This document shows positions 1 through 9,323 of a DNA stretch of 64,000 nt, piece after piece. Origin of the DNA: an uncultured Gammaproteobacteria bacterium (GTDB taxonomy: Bacteria; Patescibacteriota; Patescibacteriia; S139-126). The notes beneath the pieces were generated by a model, which saw only the letters and a program-made list of their open reading frames with translations, ran no database searches and was not told where the DNA came from. Where the stretch lies: the NCBI GenBank assembly GCA_964493305.1, contig CAZBLW010000001.1:384037-448036 (forward strand), given 5' to 3'. The number at the start of each line of letters is the position of its first letter. Positions within the stretch are counted from its first letter, which is position 1. Position numbers and translations under genes: made by a program.

Positions 1-119
1 AACAGCAGTAGTATAGTATTTTTTTGCCATTTTTTGTATAGATAAATCATGTTCTAAATTATACCATATTTGTTAATAAACTATTTAAAAATATTAGTTT
101 TTTTGCTAAAATTAAGCTG

Positions 120-1166
120 ATGGCTAGGACTAATAAAAATAATGCTAGTAATATTATGGAGATAAATCCCTGGGATATTAAATTGTCCGAGTTTCCAAAA
201 TCAGGTAGTTTGACTGAAAAAATCCAATTTATTTTGTCATTGGCAATTTTAGCACCATCAACTCACAATAGTCAGCCCTGGTTATTTCGTCTGCAAGGCG
301 ATATTTGTCAGGTTGAGGTCGATACGAGTATTAAGTTGCCCAACTCAGACCCAACGGGAAGGGATTTGTATATCAGCCATGGCTGTTTAGCTGAGGCTAT
401 CGAGCAGGTGGCAAATTATTTTGGCTTTAGCTGTGTTTTTCAGTTTATTGATAATAATAATCTTATTTTTCAAGTCCAGTTTATCCCTAGTGAAGCTGAG
501 GTTAGTAAAAAAAGTATGATTGAAGCTTTGCTTAGCAGGGTAAATGTAAGAGGTATGTTTGACAAAAAAGAAATACCGGCTCAACTTAATGAACAACTAA
601 CAATTTATTCAGATGAACAAGTCAAATTTGTTTTATTGTCAGGTAAAGACAAAACAAAATATTTAGCCCAACTGACTGCTCAAGCAATTGCTGAAGCTCA
701 CAATAATAAAAATTTTCGTTACGAGCTATCTCAGTGGATGCGACCTAGTCTAACTAAAAAATTAGATGGCCTAGTTGGCTACAATTTACGTATTCCGTTT
801 TTACTGTCGTTTATCTTTCCACCTTTAATCAAATTATTAAACCTGGGTAAATTATTTGCTCAACTTAACCGTCAAGCCATAGCCAGTGCTCCAGCGGCTG
901 GGATTATGTTATCACCAGAGGATACACCTATTAGTTGGTGGCAAGTTGGTCGACGTTTTTTTAGACTAAATTTATATCTTAATTCAATCGGATTAAGAAC
1001 CTCAATTTATGTCGGAGCGATTGAAATAGGTAATCATCGTGCAGAGTTAAAAAAATTTATCAACACTGATTGGCTGCCGCAATTTTCTTTTGTAGTTGGT
1101 TATATGTCAGGCAATTTCCGTCATAGCCCCCGCTATAATTTAAAGTCAAGATTAATCCATGACTAA
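120..1166 (+). CDS. nitroreductase-family oxidoreductase (SagB-type dehydrogenase-like), 348 aa
   Basis: N-terminal motif APSTHNSQPW is typical of the nitroreductase/SagB family. No SD is visible. The stop overlaps the next gene start by 8 nt. Confidence 0.55.
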   Translation: MARTNKNNASNIMEINPWDIKLSEFPKSGSLTEKIQFILSLAILAPSTHNSQPWLFRLQGDICQVEVDTSIKLPNSDPTGRDLYISHGCLAEAIEQVANYFGFSCVFQFIDNNNLIFQVQFIPSEAEVSKKSMIEALLSRVNVRGMFDKKEIPAQLNEQLTIYSDEQVKFVLLSGKDKTKYLAQLTAQAIAEAHNNKNFRYELSQWMRPSLTKKLDGLVGYNLRIPFLLSFIFPPLIKLLNLGKLFAQLNRQAIASAPAAGIMLSPEDTPISWWQVGRRFFRLNLYLNSIGLRTSIYVGAIEIGNHRAELKKFINTDWLPQFSFVVGYMSGNFRHSPRYNLKSRLIHD

Positions 1167-2223
1167 ACTTAAGTTCACCAACCAAACAAAACCTTACCTA
1201 TTTAATTTGTCTAACCAAAAACAGACCGGTTTGTTTGCTAAACTCTGGCGAGATAGATCGATTAAAAAAGTTGATGAATATTCCAACCAAACGGAAGAAT
1301 ATCAAATCGTATTAGACCCAGCGGGTAGAAAAAATATAAAATCATTACCGCAGGCAATATGGGTGTATTACCCTTGGTTGAAAACTATGGTTAAAATTTT
1401 AGCTAAGCCGGCTTTTAGAAGTTTACGCTTGTCCAGAAATAATGGTTTTTTAAATACTAACCAACAGCAAAAATTTTTAAATATGAAGGTAGGGATTGCG
1501 GGTATGAATGTTGGTTATCATGCTGCTCTTTGTTTGGCTTTAGCCGGGGGTGCAGAAACCATGAAATTTGCCGATCCTGATATTTTGACCGTTTCCAGTT
1601 TAAATAGATTCCGTGCAAGTTTAAAGGATTTGGGTGGCAATAAAACAAATTTAACAGCTGAACAAGTGTATGAAATTGATCCATTTTATAAAATTGATTT
1701 ATATTCTGAAGGTATTACCACCAAAAATATTGATAAATTTTTATTAAAACCAAAAATTGATGTTTTAATTGAAGAGATGGATAATTTACCCTTAAAAGTT
1801 ATGATAAGAAAAAAAGCACGTCAACATGGTATACCAGTCATTATGGTTACTGGCAATGGAGTAAATTTGGTTTTAGATATTGAAAGATATGATATAAATA
1901 AGAGACAGAAGATACTAAATGGTTTTTTACCTGAAAAATTTTTGACAGATAATATTGTTTTATCCCAGCTAACCAAAACAGAAAAAATTAATCTGGCGAG
2001 GGATTTTATAGGTAAAAAATTTTTAGCGCCAGAACTAGTTTCGGCTTTTGCTAAGGTTGGTAAAACTTTAGCAGCTATTCCGCAGTTAGCAGAAACATCT
2101 TATTTAAGAGGGTTGGTTTTAGGGCAAGTTGTGAAAAAATTGGCCCTGGGTCAATCAGTACCAGCTGGTCGTTATCAAATAAAAATGGATAATATATTTT
2201 CCAATGAAATTAGAAAAAATTGA
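1159..2223 (+). CDS. ThiF/MoeB/HesA-family E1-like adenylyltransferase with ~110 aa N-terminal extension
   Basis: GIAGMNVGYHAALCLALAGG is a Rossmann nucleotide-binding loop. ADPDILTVSSLNRF matches the E1 motif (VDxDxVexSNLnRQ). Confidence 0.6.
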   Translation: MTKLKFTNQTKPYLFNLSNQKQTGLFAKLWRDRSIKKVDEYSNQTEEYQIVLDPAGRKNIKSLPQAIWVYYPWLKTMVKILAKPAFRSLRLSRNNGFLNTNQQQKFLNMKVGIAGMNVGYHAALCLALAGGAETMKFADPDILTVSSLNRFRASLKDLGGNKTNLTAEQVYEIDPFYKIDLYSEGITTKNIDKFLLKPKIDVLIEEMDNLPLKVMIRKKARQHGIPVIMVTGNGVNLVLDIERYDINKRQKILNGFLPEKFLTDNIVLSQLTKTEKINLARDFIGKKFLAPELVSAFAKVGKTLAAIPQLAETSYLRGLVLGQVVKKLALGQSVPAGRYQIKMDNIFSNEIRKN

Positions 2224-3271
2224 CGTAAAAAATTTTGCCGAATATAAAAATCACGAAGTGGTTTATCATTTTATTGATCCCACGGTGAAGTTGGAGGGCT
2301 ATATAGGTATTCATAATACCACCAGGGGACCAGCTACTGGTGGCACGAGGTGGTGGTATTATCAAGATAAAAACGATGCAATTAGAGATGTTTTGGATTT
2401 ATCTCAAGCCATGACTAACAAGTGCTTAATGGCTGATTTAAATTTTGGCGGTGGTAAGGCAGTTATCTTAAAACAAGGAGAAAAAACACCAGCCTTACTT
2501 ACTGCTTATGCGCAGGTAATTGATAGTTTAGCTGGTATTTTTACTACTGGTCCTGATGTAGGTATTGATGAAGAAGATACTTTGTTTATGTCAAAATTTA
2601 GTAAATATATTTTAGGTCATAAGCCAGTTCAGGGAGAACGTTATAGTACATCTGATATGGCTGCTAGAGGTGTGTATGTCGCAATTAAGTCAACTATAAA
2701 AAAAGTTACTGGTCAGACAAATTTAAATAATATATCCGTAGCCATAAAAGGTTTAGGTAAAGTAGGAGGTGAGTTGGCTAGATTGTTATTGGCTGATGGT
2801 AGTGAAGTTTATGGTTCCGAAATTGATCAACCGCGACTCGATTATATTGTGGCCAATTTACCAGGAATAAAGATCGTAGCTCCAGATAAAATTTCTACTC
2901 TACCCGTAACTATTTATTCACCTTGTGCAGTAGGTCATGAGTTCAATGAAGAAAATATAAAAAATATCACCGCTCAATATATTATTGGTGGTGCCAATAA
3001 TCAGTTGACTTCGGACAAAGTGGGTGATTATTTTCATAATCAGGGTATTTTATACGCACCAGATTATGTTGTTAACGCCGGTGGCCTCATCAATATAACC
3101 GATGAATTAGCTGAAGATGGTTATTCGGCTGATCGAGTGTTGACCAGAGTCAATAATATTGGACAAACCTTAGTAGCTATTATTGATAGATCAAAACGCG
3201 ACAATTTACCCACTTACAAAGTAGCTGATCTTTTAGCAACTGATAAATTAAATTTTTCTTATGCCCAATAA
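2204..3271 (+). CDS. Glu/Leu/Phe/Val-family amino acid dehydrogenase
   Basis: GGGK catalytic lysine motif (LNFGGGKAV). NAD-binding GLGKVGGELARLL. Confidence 0.7.
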   Translation: MKLEKIDVKNFAEYKNHEVVYHFIDPTVKLEGYIGIHNTTRGPATGGTRWWYYQDKNDAIRDVLDLSQAMTNKCLMADLNFGGGKAVILKQGEKTPALLTAYAQVIDSLAGIFTTGPDVGIDEEDTLFMSKFSKYILGHKPVQGERYSTSDMAARGVYVAIKSTIKKVTGQTNLNNISVAIKGLGKVGGELARLLLADGSEVYGSEIDQPRLDYIVANLPGIKIVAPDKISTLPVTIYSPCAVGHEFNEENIKNITAQYIIGGANNQLTSDKVGDYFHNQGILYAPDYVVNAGGLINITDELAEDGYSADRVLTRVNNIGQTLVAIIDRSKRDNLPTYKVADLLATDKLNFSYAQ

Positions 3272-4787
3272 GTTACTTAATTATTTTAAAGAAGTCCATC
3301 AAGATTTTTCTCACAACTATTTAATTGATTATCTTAATTTGGATTTTCCCACTGAGAGCAAAGATTTTTTAGCCATTTCTTTTGATCAGCTCCTGAAAGC
3401 AAGTCAGGAAAAACAGCTGAATTTATTTCAACAGATGGCAGCTAAAGTTCCAGCGTATAAAGATTTTTTACAAAAAAATAGTATTAAACCAGAAAAAATA
3501 GTAACTCACCAAGATTTATCAGCCGTTCCTTTTATTGATAAGAATAATTATCTCCGGCAGTACTCTATACCTGAGCTTTGTTGGCCAGGCAGTTTTCATC
3601 AACAAAATATGGTCAGTGTTAGTTCCGGATCATCCGGTGATCCTTTTTTTTGGTTTCGTTCTAGTTGGCAAGAGTTTGAAGCCACTTTGAATCATGAAAT
3701 GCTATTGCGAGATTTTTTTGCTTGTGATAATCAGCGTACGTTATTGATTGTTAGTTTTGCCATGGGCATGTATGTAGCTGGAGTTTTAACACAAAATTGT
3801 GGTCAACACATATCACAAAAAGGCTTACCTCTGACAGTAATTAGTCCCGGCATCAGTATCACCGAAAACGTAAGAATTATTAAAGAATTAGCTAAGTATT
3901 ATGATCAAATAATTATTGCTGGTTATCCGCCTCTGGTTAAGGATGTAATTGATTTTGGTCAGCAGCAAGGAATTGATTGGTCCAGTTTTAAAATTAAATT
4001 TATTTTTGCCGGCGAGGGTTTTAGTGAGAAATGGCGCCAAACTTTACTGCACAAAGCGGGAGTAACTGATTTAGTCAAAGATAGTTTTAGTATTTATGGC
4101 TCGGCTGATGCAAATATGTTGGCCTTTGAAACAATTTTGTCAATCAAAATTAGACAGTTAGTTGATGCTGATAGTAAGAAATATTCTGACTTTTACGATC
4201 AACAAAATAGATTACCTGGTATATTCCAATTCAATCCATTGAGTCGTTACTTTGAACAGTTGGCGGATGAACTGATTTTTTCCGCTGATAGTGGTATACC
4301 GTTGTTGAGATACAACATTCATGATGTGGGCAAGGTTATTGGTTTTACTGATATGCAAGCTAAAATAGGTAATGAACATTTTGCGGGCAATAATTATTCT
4401 TGGCCATTTGTATTGCTGTACGGCAAAGATAAAACCATAAGTTTTTACGGTTTATTAATTTACCCTGATAATATTAGAATTGCTTTAGAAAACGATGTTC
4501 TAAAAGAAAAAGTTTCGGGGCGGGTTTTATTTGCTAGAAAAGAGGATGTTGAGGGCAATCATTATCTGCAAGCAGAGATAGAATTGGCACCAAAAGTTGA
4601 ACCAAATAATGATTTAGCTAGTTTAATCCAACAAGAAATTACCAAGTCTTTAAGTCAAGCCAATATGGAATATAACAAATTAAGATCTTATTTGGGTGAG
4701 CGAGCTTTGCCAAAAATTAATTTATATCCTTATGGTTCTTCAGAAATATTTTCTCGTACTAATAAACAAAATTGGTTAACCAGCTAA
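3261..4787 (+). CDS. adenylate-forming enzyme, phenylacetate-CoA ligase (PaaK) / coenzyme F390 synthetase family
   Basis: P-loop-like SSGSSGDPFFW resembles PaaK SSGTTGKP. Overlaps the previous gene by 11 nt. Confidence 0.55.
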   Translation: MPNKLLNYFKEVHQDFSHNYLIDYLNLDFPTESKDFLAISFDQLLKASQEKQLNLFQQMAAKVPAYKDFLQKNSIKPEKIVTHQDLSAVPFIDKNNYLRQYSIPELCWPGSFHQQNMVSVSSGSSGDPFFWFRSSWQEFEATLNHEMLLRDFFACDNQRTLLIVSFAMGMYVAGVLTQNCGQHISQKGLPLTVISPGISITENVRIIKELAKYYDQIIIAGYPPLVKDVIDFGQQQGIDWSSFKIKFIFAGEGFSEKWRQTLLHKAGVTDLVKDSFSIYGSADANMLAFETILSIKIRQLVDADSKKYSDFYDQQNRLPGIFQFNPLSRYFEQLADELIFSADSGIPLLRYNIHDVGKVIGFTDMQAKIGNEHFAGNNYSWPFVLLYGKDKTISFYGLLIYPDNIRIALENDVLKEKVSGRVLFARKEDVEGNHYLQAEIELAPKVEPNNDLASLIQQEITKSLSQANMEYNKLRSYLGERALPKINLYPYGSSEIFSRTNKQNWLTS

Positions 4788-4790
4788 TGT

Positions 4791-6389
4791 ATGTCTGACT
4801 TAGTTTTTCTTAGTTTAATTTTTACCGTACTAGCCAATTTAACTTTGATTATTGTTGTATATTTCTACGGTAAAAAAAATATCAATCAAATTTTCTTTGT
4901 CCTACTGGTTTTGTCACTTACTTTTTGGGGAGTAAATAATTTTTTTTCAGTAACCGCTAAACCCGAGCAGTCATTGTTTTGGATTCGGTCGGTAATGTTT
5001 TTTGCTGCTCCTCAGACTTTTTTGTTGTATTTATTTATATCCACTTTTGCTTATAAAGCCTGGGATTTTTCGAAATGGGGCAAATATTTTCTAGTTAGTT
5101 TGTGTTTTTTGATGATGTTGTTGACGCACACTCCTTTTATTTTTTCTTCCATCGTAATTGCAGGCAATGGACAAGTTTCGCCACAGCCGGGTTTACTCAT
5201 GCCCCTGCTCGGTGGTTATATATTTATTTTTGCTTTGTTATCAGTTTATAAATTGGTTAAAAGATACAGAAAGTCTTCAGGACAAGAAAGGAAACAGTGG
5301 CAGTATTTATCTTTTGGTTTGTTTTGGACTTTTTTATTGATGCTCAGTTTAAATTATTTGGCGGTTATAGTTTTCAATAACACCAATTTTGTTCGTTATG
5401 GTCACTTATATCATCTACCGTTGATTGTTTTGTTTTCTTATAGTTTGGTAAAGCATAAATTGATGGATGTAAAATTAATAGCTTCGCAATCTTTAACCAT
5501 TTTACTTTCTTTGTTTTTATTATTTAAAGTACTGACTTCGGAAGATACGGTGAATTTAGTGATTAATATGGTGATTTTTACAGTAGTGGTGATAATTAGT
5601 ATTTGGTTGGTGCGCAATATTAATAAAGAAATAAAACAAAGAGAAAAACTTGAAATATTAACAAAAGATTTGCAAGTTGCTAATGAACGACTAAAAAAAT
5701 TAGACGAAGCCAAAACAGAATTTTTATCAATAACCTCGCACCAATTACGCACTCCTTTATCGGCTATTAAGGGTTATTTATCTATGTTGCAAGAGGGTGA
5801 TTTTGGTAAGATGTCCAAAAAACAAGCGGATATCGTGGGTATTTTACTGAGGAATTCAGAGCGTTTAATTCGATTAATCAATATCTTTTTAAATATTTCC
5901 CGTATAGAATCTGGAAGATTGAAAATAAATAAAAGTTTAAATGATATCAGTCGTTTACTTGATGATATTATCAAGTCATTGGCTATTGAGGCCGGTACTA
6001 AGCATATTAAGATTGAGTTTGAAGAAAACGACGTTCCCTTGTTTCAGTTTGATATGGACAAAATGGCTGACGTACTTATCAATTTGATTGACAATGCTAT
6101 TAAATATACTCCTATCGGTGGTTGGGTTAGGGTGTCTGTAAAAAATATGGAAAAATATGTATTAGTCAAAGTCCAGGACAACGGCAAAGGTATTTCTTAT
6201 GAAGAATTGGATCAATTGTTCCAAAAATTTAAACGAGGTAAGGATATTAATCGAGTTGACACAACTGGAGTGGGATTGGGTTTATATATTGCTAAAAAAA
6301 TTATTGAAGGACACGGGGGAAATATTTGGGCAGAAAGCGAAGGCGAAAATAAAGGCACTACTTTTAAATTTACCTTGCCTCTAGAATGA
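4791..6389 (+). CDS. membrane sensor histidine kinase (about 7 TM helices N-terminal, HisKA + HATPase_c)
   Basis: H-box ITSHQLRTPLSAIKGY, N-box LIDNAIKYT, G-boxes VQDNGKGIS and GTGLGLYIAKKI. No response regulator is adjacent. Confidence 0.85.
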   Translation: MSDLVFLSLIFTVLANLTLIIVVYFYGKKNINQIFFVLLVLSLTFWGVNNFFSVTAKPEQSLFWIRSVMFFAAPQTFLLYLFISTFAYKAWDFSKWGKYFLVSLCFLMMLLTHTPFIFSSIVIAGNGQVSPQPGLLMPLLGGYIFIFALLSVYKLVKRYRKSSGQERKQWQYLSFGLFWTFLLMLSLNYLAVIVFNNTNFVRYGHLYHLPLIVLFSYSLVKHKLMDVKLIASQSLTILLSLFLLFKVLTSEDTVNLVINMVIFTVVVIISIWLVRNINKEIKQREKLEILTKDLQVANERLKKLDEAKTEFLSITSHQLRTPLSAIKGYLSMLQEGDFGKMSKKQADIVGILLRNSERLIRLINIFLNISRIESGRLKINKSLNDISRLLDDIIKSLAIEAGTKHIKIEFEENDVPLFQFDMDKMADVLINLIDNAIKYTPIGGWVRVSVKNMEKYVLVKVQDNGKGISYEELDQLFQKFKRGKDINRVDTTGVGLGLYIAKKIIEGHGGNIWAESEGENKGTTFKFTLPLE

Positions 6390-6433
6390 CCACGACTTGT
6401 GGATATCTTTGCAGTAGGCAATTTTTTAACTTT

Positions 6434-6442
6434 TGCTATAAT
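6434..6442 (+). promoter_or_regulatory. extended -10 promoter element TGcTATAAT
   Basis: TGn plus TATAAT sits about 45 nt upstream of the acidic micro-ORF. No good -35 is present, which is acceptable for extended -10 promoters. Confidence 0.4.
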
Positions 6443-6487
6443 TTTGTTAAGTAGTAAATTAGTTAATTTAATTATTAATATTTAAAT

Positions 6488-6613
6488 ATGTCCAATGACG
6501 ACTTTATGAAGGAAGATGACAATGAAGAAGAGGGTTATGAAGATGATTTCGAAGATGAAGACGAAGATGATATGTCGGATGATATGAACGAAGATGAAGA
6601 CGAAGATATGTAG
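6488..6613 (+). CDS. 41-aa highly acidic micropeptide (MSNDDFMKEDDNEEEGYEDDFEDEDEDDMSDDMNEDEDEDM)
   Basis: Intact ATG..TAG ORF below the ORF-track cutoff. It lies between its own promoter-like element and a strong intrinsic terminator. Its 41 residues are overwhelmingly Asp/Glu. Confidence 0.4.
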   Translation: MSNDDFMKEDDNEEEGYEDDFEDEDEDDMSDDMNEDEDEDM

Positions 6614-6624
6614 ATCTAATATTG

Positions 6625-6652
6625 CCCCGGCTTAGGCCGGGGTTTATTTTTT
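6625..6652 (+). terminator. rho-independent terminator (CCCCGGC-TTAG-GCCGGGG + T-run)
   Basis: Perfect 7-bp GC stem followed by TTTATTTTTT. Confidence 0.75.
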
Positions 6653-6714
6653 GACCAATGCTGGTTTATTTGTTATATTGTCGGAAAATACTTTAACATA
6701 ATAAGGAGAGATAA

Positions 6715-7032
6715 ATGAATAATCTGTATGATGTTACTACTTTACCACAAGATTTTGTGGAAATAATCACTAATTTTTTAACCAAATTAAACCAAACCGG
6801 GGCAGTATTTTTTTATCCTGATGAACAAAAATTGATGTTAGGCGAAGCTTACGGTGATAAGCACATGTATAATTTGGCTGATTTTTTTAGCGAGCTGCTC
6901 GATCTCAATGATTTAGTATATTTAATCAGAGTGGCTATATGTCAGCAACATTTTACAGTTTATACCGTAGCTGCCGAAGCAAATATTGAGCGGCACGAAA
7001 ATTACCGCACCATTTTTATTAGGGCATATTAA
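6715..7032 (+). CDS. hypothetical protein, 105 aa
   Basis: Good SD (AAGGAG, 6 nt spacing). The stop is embedded in a terminator hairpin. Confidence 0.5.
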   Translation: MNNLYDVTTLPQDFVEIITNFLTKLNQTGAVFFYPDEQKLMLGEAYGDKHMYNLADFFSELLDLNDLVYLIRVAICQQHFTVYTVAAEANIERHENYRTIFIRAY

Positions 7033-7046
7033 TGCCCTTTTTTTAT
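7022..7046 (+). terminator. rho-independent terminator (GGGCAT-ATTA-ATGCCC + T8)
   Basis: Hairpin followed by TTTTTTTT. Confidence 0.65.
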
Positions 7047-7060
7047 TTTATAAAAACGAT

Positions 7061-7594
7061 ATGATTATAGATATGCTACCCACAATTTTTTTAATTTTAA
7101 TTATTTTGGTAACATTCGGTTTTGTTAGAGGCAGTACCTCTTTGGCCCCCTGGGTGCCAACTAAAACCAAAGATTATCAGCGTATAAATAACCTAATCAG
7201 ACAGCAACAAACGAAAAAATTTGTTGATTTAGGTTGTGGTAGTGCAGGTTTGATTGTGTATTTAGCTAAACAAAATCCTGCAATCCAATTTGTCGGTGTA
7301 GAGATTGCCTGGCCATTATTTTTGTTTGCTTGGTGTCGAGTTAAGTTATTGGGTCTAAAAAATATAAAAATTTATTATCAAGATTTATTTAGTTTAAATT
7401 TATCTGAATACGATACAATATTTGTTTATGGTTATCCGCGCAGTATTAAAAAAAGATTATCAGACAAGATTAAACTGGAGTTGAAGTCAGATGCAATTTT
7501 ACTGTCTTATGTTTTTAAGTTTCATGAACTAAATTTATTTAGGCTTGATAAACCCGGACAGGAATTTTTGCCAATTTATATTTATAAAAACTAG
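7061..7594 (+). CDS. class I SAM-dependent methyltransferase with N-terminal TM anchor
   Basis: Motif I VDLGCGSAGL. The start was refined to the ATG at 7061, downstream of the 7022-7046 terminator. The ORF track begins at 6986, overlapping the previous gene. Confidence 0.55.
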   Translation: MIIDMLPTIFLILIILVTFGFVRGSTSLAPWVPTKTKDYQRINNLIRQQQTKKFVDLGCGSAGLIVYLAKQNPAIQFVGVEIAWPLFLFAWCRVKLLGLKNIKIYYQDLFSLNLSEYDTIFVYGYPRSIKKRLSDKIKLELKSDAILLSYVFKFHELNLFRLDKPGQEFLPIYIYKN

Positions 7595-7630
7595 TGAAAA
7601 TATCAAATTTGTGTTAATATTCATAATATT

Positions 7631-8824
7631 ATGAAACTAAAAACTTTAAATAAGACGACAAAGTTATGCGGGAAAAAAGTTTTACTCAGGGTAGATTTGA
7701 ACGTCAAGTTAGGATCAGACAAAAAGGTTGATCAAAAGGAAGATTTTAAATTGCAAAGAATATTACCGACTATAAAATATTTACAAACCCAAGGGGCTAA
7801 AATAATTTTACTGTCCCATTTAGGTCGTCCCAATGGTCGGGTGGTGCCAACTTTGTCATTACAACCGGTAGTTGATAGGTTAATTACTTTATTGGCGCAA
7901 AATATCAAGTTAATAAAAAAACAGCCTTGGTTAGATATAAAAAAGCAAATCGACCAGTTAGTAAATGGTCAGATTGTTGTTTTAGAAAACTTACGCTTTT
8001 TTAAAGGAGAAGATACCAACGATAATATTTTGGCAAAACAGTTAGCGAGTTTGGGTGATATTTATGTCAATGATGCTTTTGCTGCTTGTCATCGTGAGGC
8101 AGCTTCAATGGTAGCAATTACCAAATTTTTACCGACCTATGCCGGTTGGTTAATGGCCAGCGAAGTTCAACAGTTGAGTAGCTTAATAAATAAGAAAACT
8201 AAACCCTATCTGACAATTTTGGGTGGAGCCAAAATTAGTACCAAAATTGATTTGGTGGCCAAATTTGTCAAAATATCTGACTATGTTTTAGTAGGTGGGG
8301 GATTGGCCAATAATTTTTTATTAGCTGATGGTAAATCAATAGGCAAATCAATTGTAGAAAAAAAATATTTAAGTAAACTAAAAAAAGTTTTACGGCAAAA
8401 TCGTAAAAAAATCTTATTACCAATTGACGTGACGGTTGATAAGACAACTACCAAGTTGGTGGAAGCAACACAAAAACTAGTTGGTGATATAAAAAAAGAC
8501 GAAAAAATCATTGATATTGGAACAAACACAGTTAGATCCTGGTCACAAATAATCAAGCGAGCAAAATTGATAGTTTGGAATGGTCCTTTAGGAATCGTCG
8601 AAGATAGGAAAGCTAGTCATGCTTCACGAGCCTTAGCTGAGTTGATTGCTGCTAGGTCAAAGCGAGCGTGTTTCAGTGTCGTTGGTGGGGGAGAAACTGT
8701 TTGGTTAATTCAGGACATGAATATTTTTGATAGTTTTGATTACGTATCAACTGGCGGGGGAGCAATGATAGAATTTTTAGAAGGCAAAACTTTGCCAGGG
8801 ATTAAACCTTTATTAAAAAAATGA
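7631..8824 (+). CDS. pgk: phosphoglycerate kinase
   Basis: KVLLRVDLNV and ILLSHLGRP signatures. Confidence 0.9.
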   Translation: MKLKTLNKTTKLCGKKVLLRVDLNVKLGSDKKVDQKEDFKLQRILPTIKYLQTQGAKIILLSHLGRPNGRVVPTLSLQPVVDRLITLLAQNIKLIKKQPWLDIKKQIDQLVNGQIVVLENLRFFKGEDTNDNILAKQLASLGDIYVNDAFAACHREAASMVAITKFLPTYAGWLMASEVQQLSSLINKKTKPYLTILGGAKISTKIDLVAKFVKISDYVLVGGGLANNFLLADGKSIGKSIVEKKYLSKLKKVLRQNRKKILLPIDVTVDKTTTKLVEATQKLVGDIKKDEKIIDIGTNTVRSWSQIIKRAKLIVWNGPLGIVEDRKASHASRALAELIAARSKRACFSVVGGGETVWLIQDMNIFDSFDYVSTGGGAMIEFLEGKTLPGIKPLLKK

Positions 8825-9321
8825 TCAAAAAAGGTTTTACTTTGATTGAAGTTTTAGTAGTCATAGCTATTATCGGAGTTTTGAGTACTCTGACAGTAGT
8901 GGCTGTAAGATCTGCTAGAGAAAAAGCAAAAATTGCTAAAGCCCAACACGATATTGATACTATTTATACCGCTATGTCACAGTTGATGATTGATACTGGT
9001 GAATGGCCCAACCACCAAACTCCTGAAGAAATAAATACCGGTGGTAATAACGAAATTTGGGATTTAACAGCAGCCGTAGCTGGTATTGTAGTCACTGATG
9101 GCGGTTATTTAAAATGGGCCGGACCTTATATGGGCAGTATACCGCTTGATCCTTGGGGTAATAATTATTTTTTTGACACTGACTATTCTTTAAATTCCGA
9201 TGAAAAACCTTGTGCTGGCGGAAGCGGTTGTCACAACGGGGCGGTAGTTGGTTCTTTTGGGCCTGATGGTGTTGGGCAAAATGTCTATAATCAAGATGAT
9301 ATAATTAAAATTCTAAAATAA
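8821..9321 (+). CDS. type IV pilin / pseudopilin-like protein (prepilin N-terminal methylation motif)
   Basis: KKGFTLIEVLVVIAIIGVL is a class III signal peptide. A C-terminal Cys pair lies in CAGGSGCHNG. ATGA overlap with pgk. Confidence 0.8.
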   Translation: MIKKGFTLIEVLVVIAIIGVLSTLTVVAVRSAREKAKIAKAQHDIDTIYTAMSQLMIDTGEWPNHQTPEEINTGGNNEIWDLTAAVAGIVVTDGGYLKWAGPYMGSIPLDPWGNNYFFDTDYSLNSDEKPCAGGSGCHNGAVVGSFGPDGVGQNVYNQDDIIKILK

Positions 9322-9323
9322 AT

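Noticed and set aside
387-596. 69-aa minus-strand ORF inside the nitroreductase-like gene (similarly 1457-1684, 5438-5752, 5774-5974, 8281-8556, 11614-11859, 13017-13265, 19250-19453, 21075-21287, 22503-22826, 29789-30067, 33417-34241, 34555-34973, 45696-46088, 50118-50363, 56633-56827 and others)
   Set aside because: These lie entirely within better-supported genes on the opposite strand or in another frame, lack SD sequences, and have low-complexity AT-driven composition. They are typical shadow ORFs of a low-GC genome.
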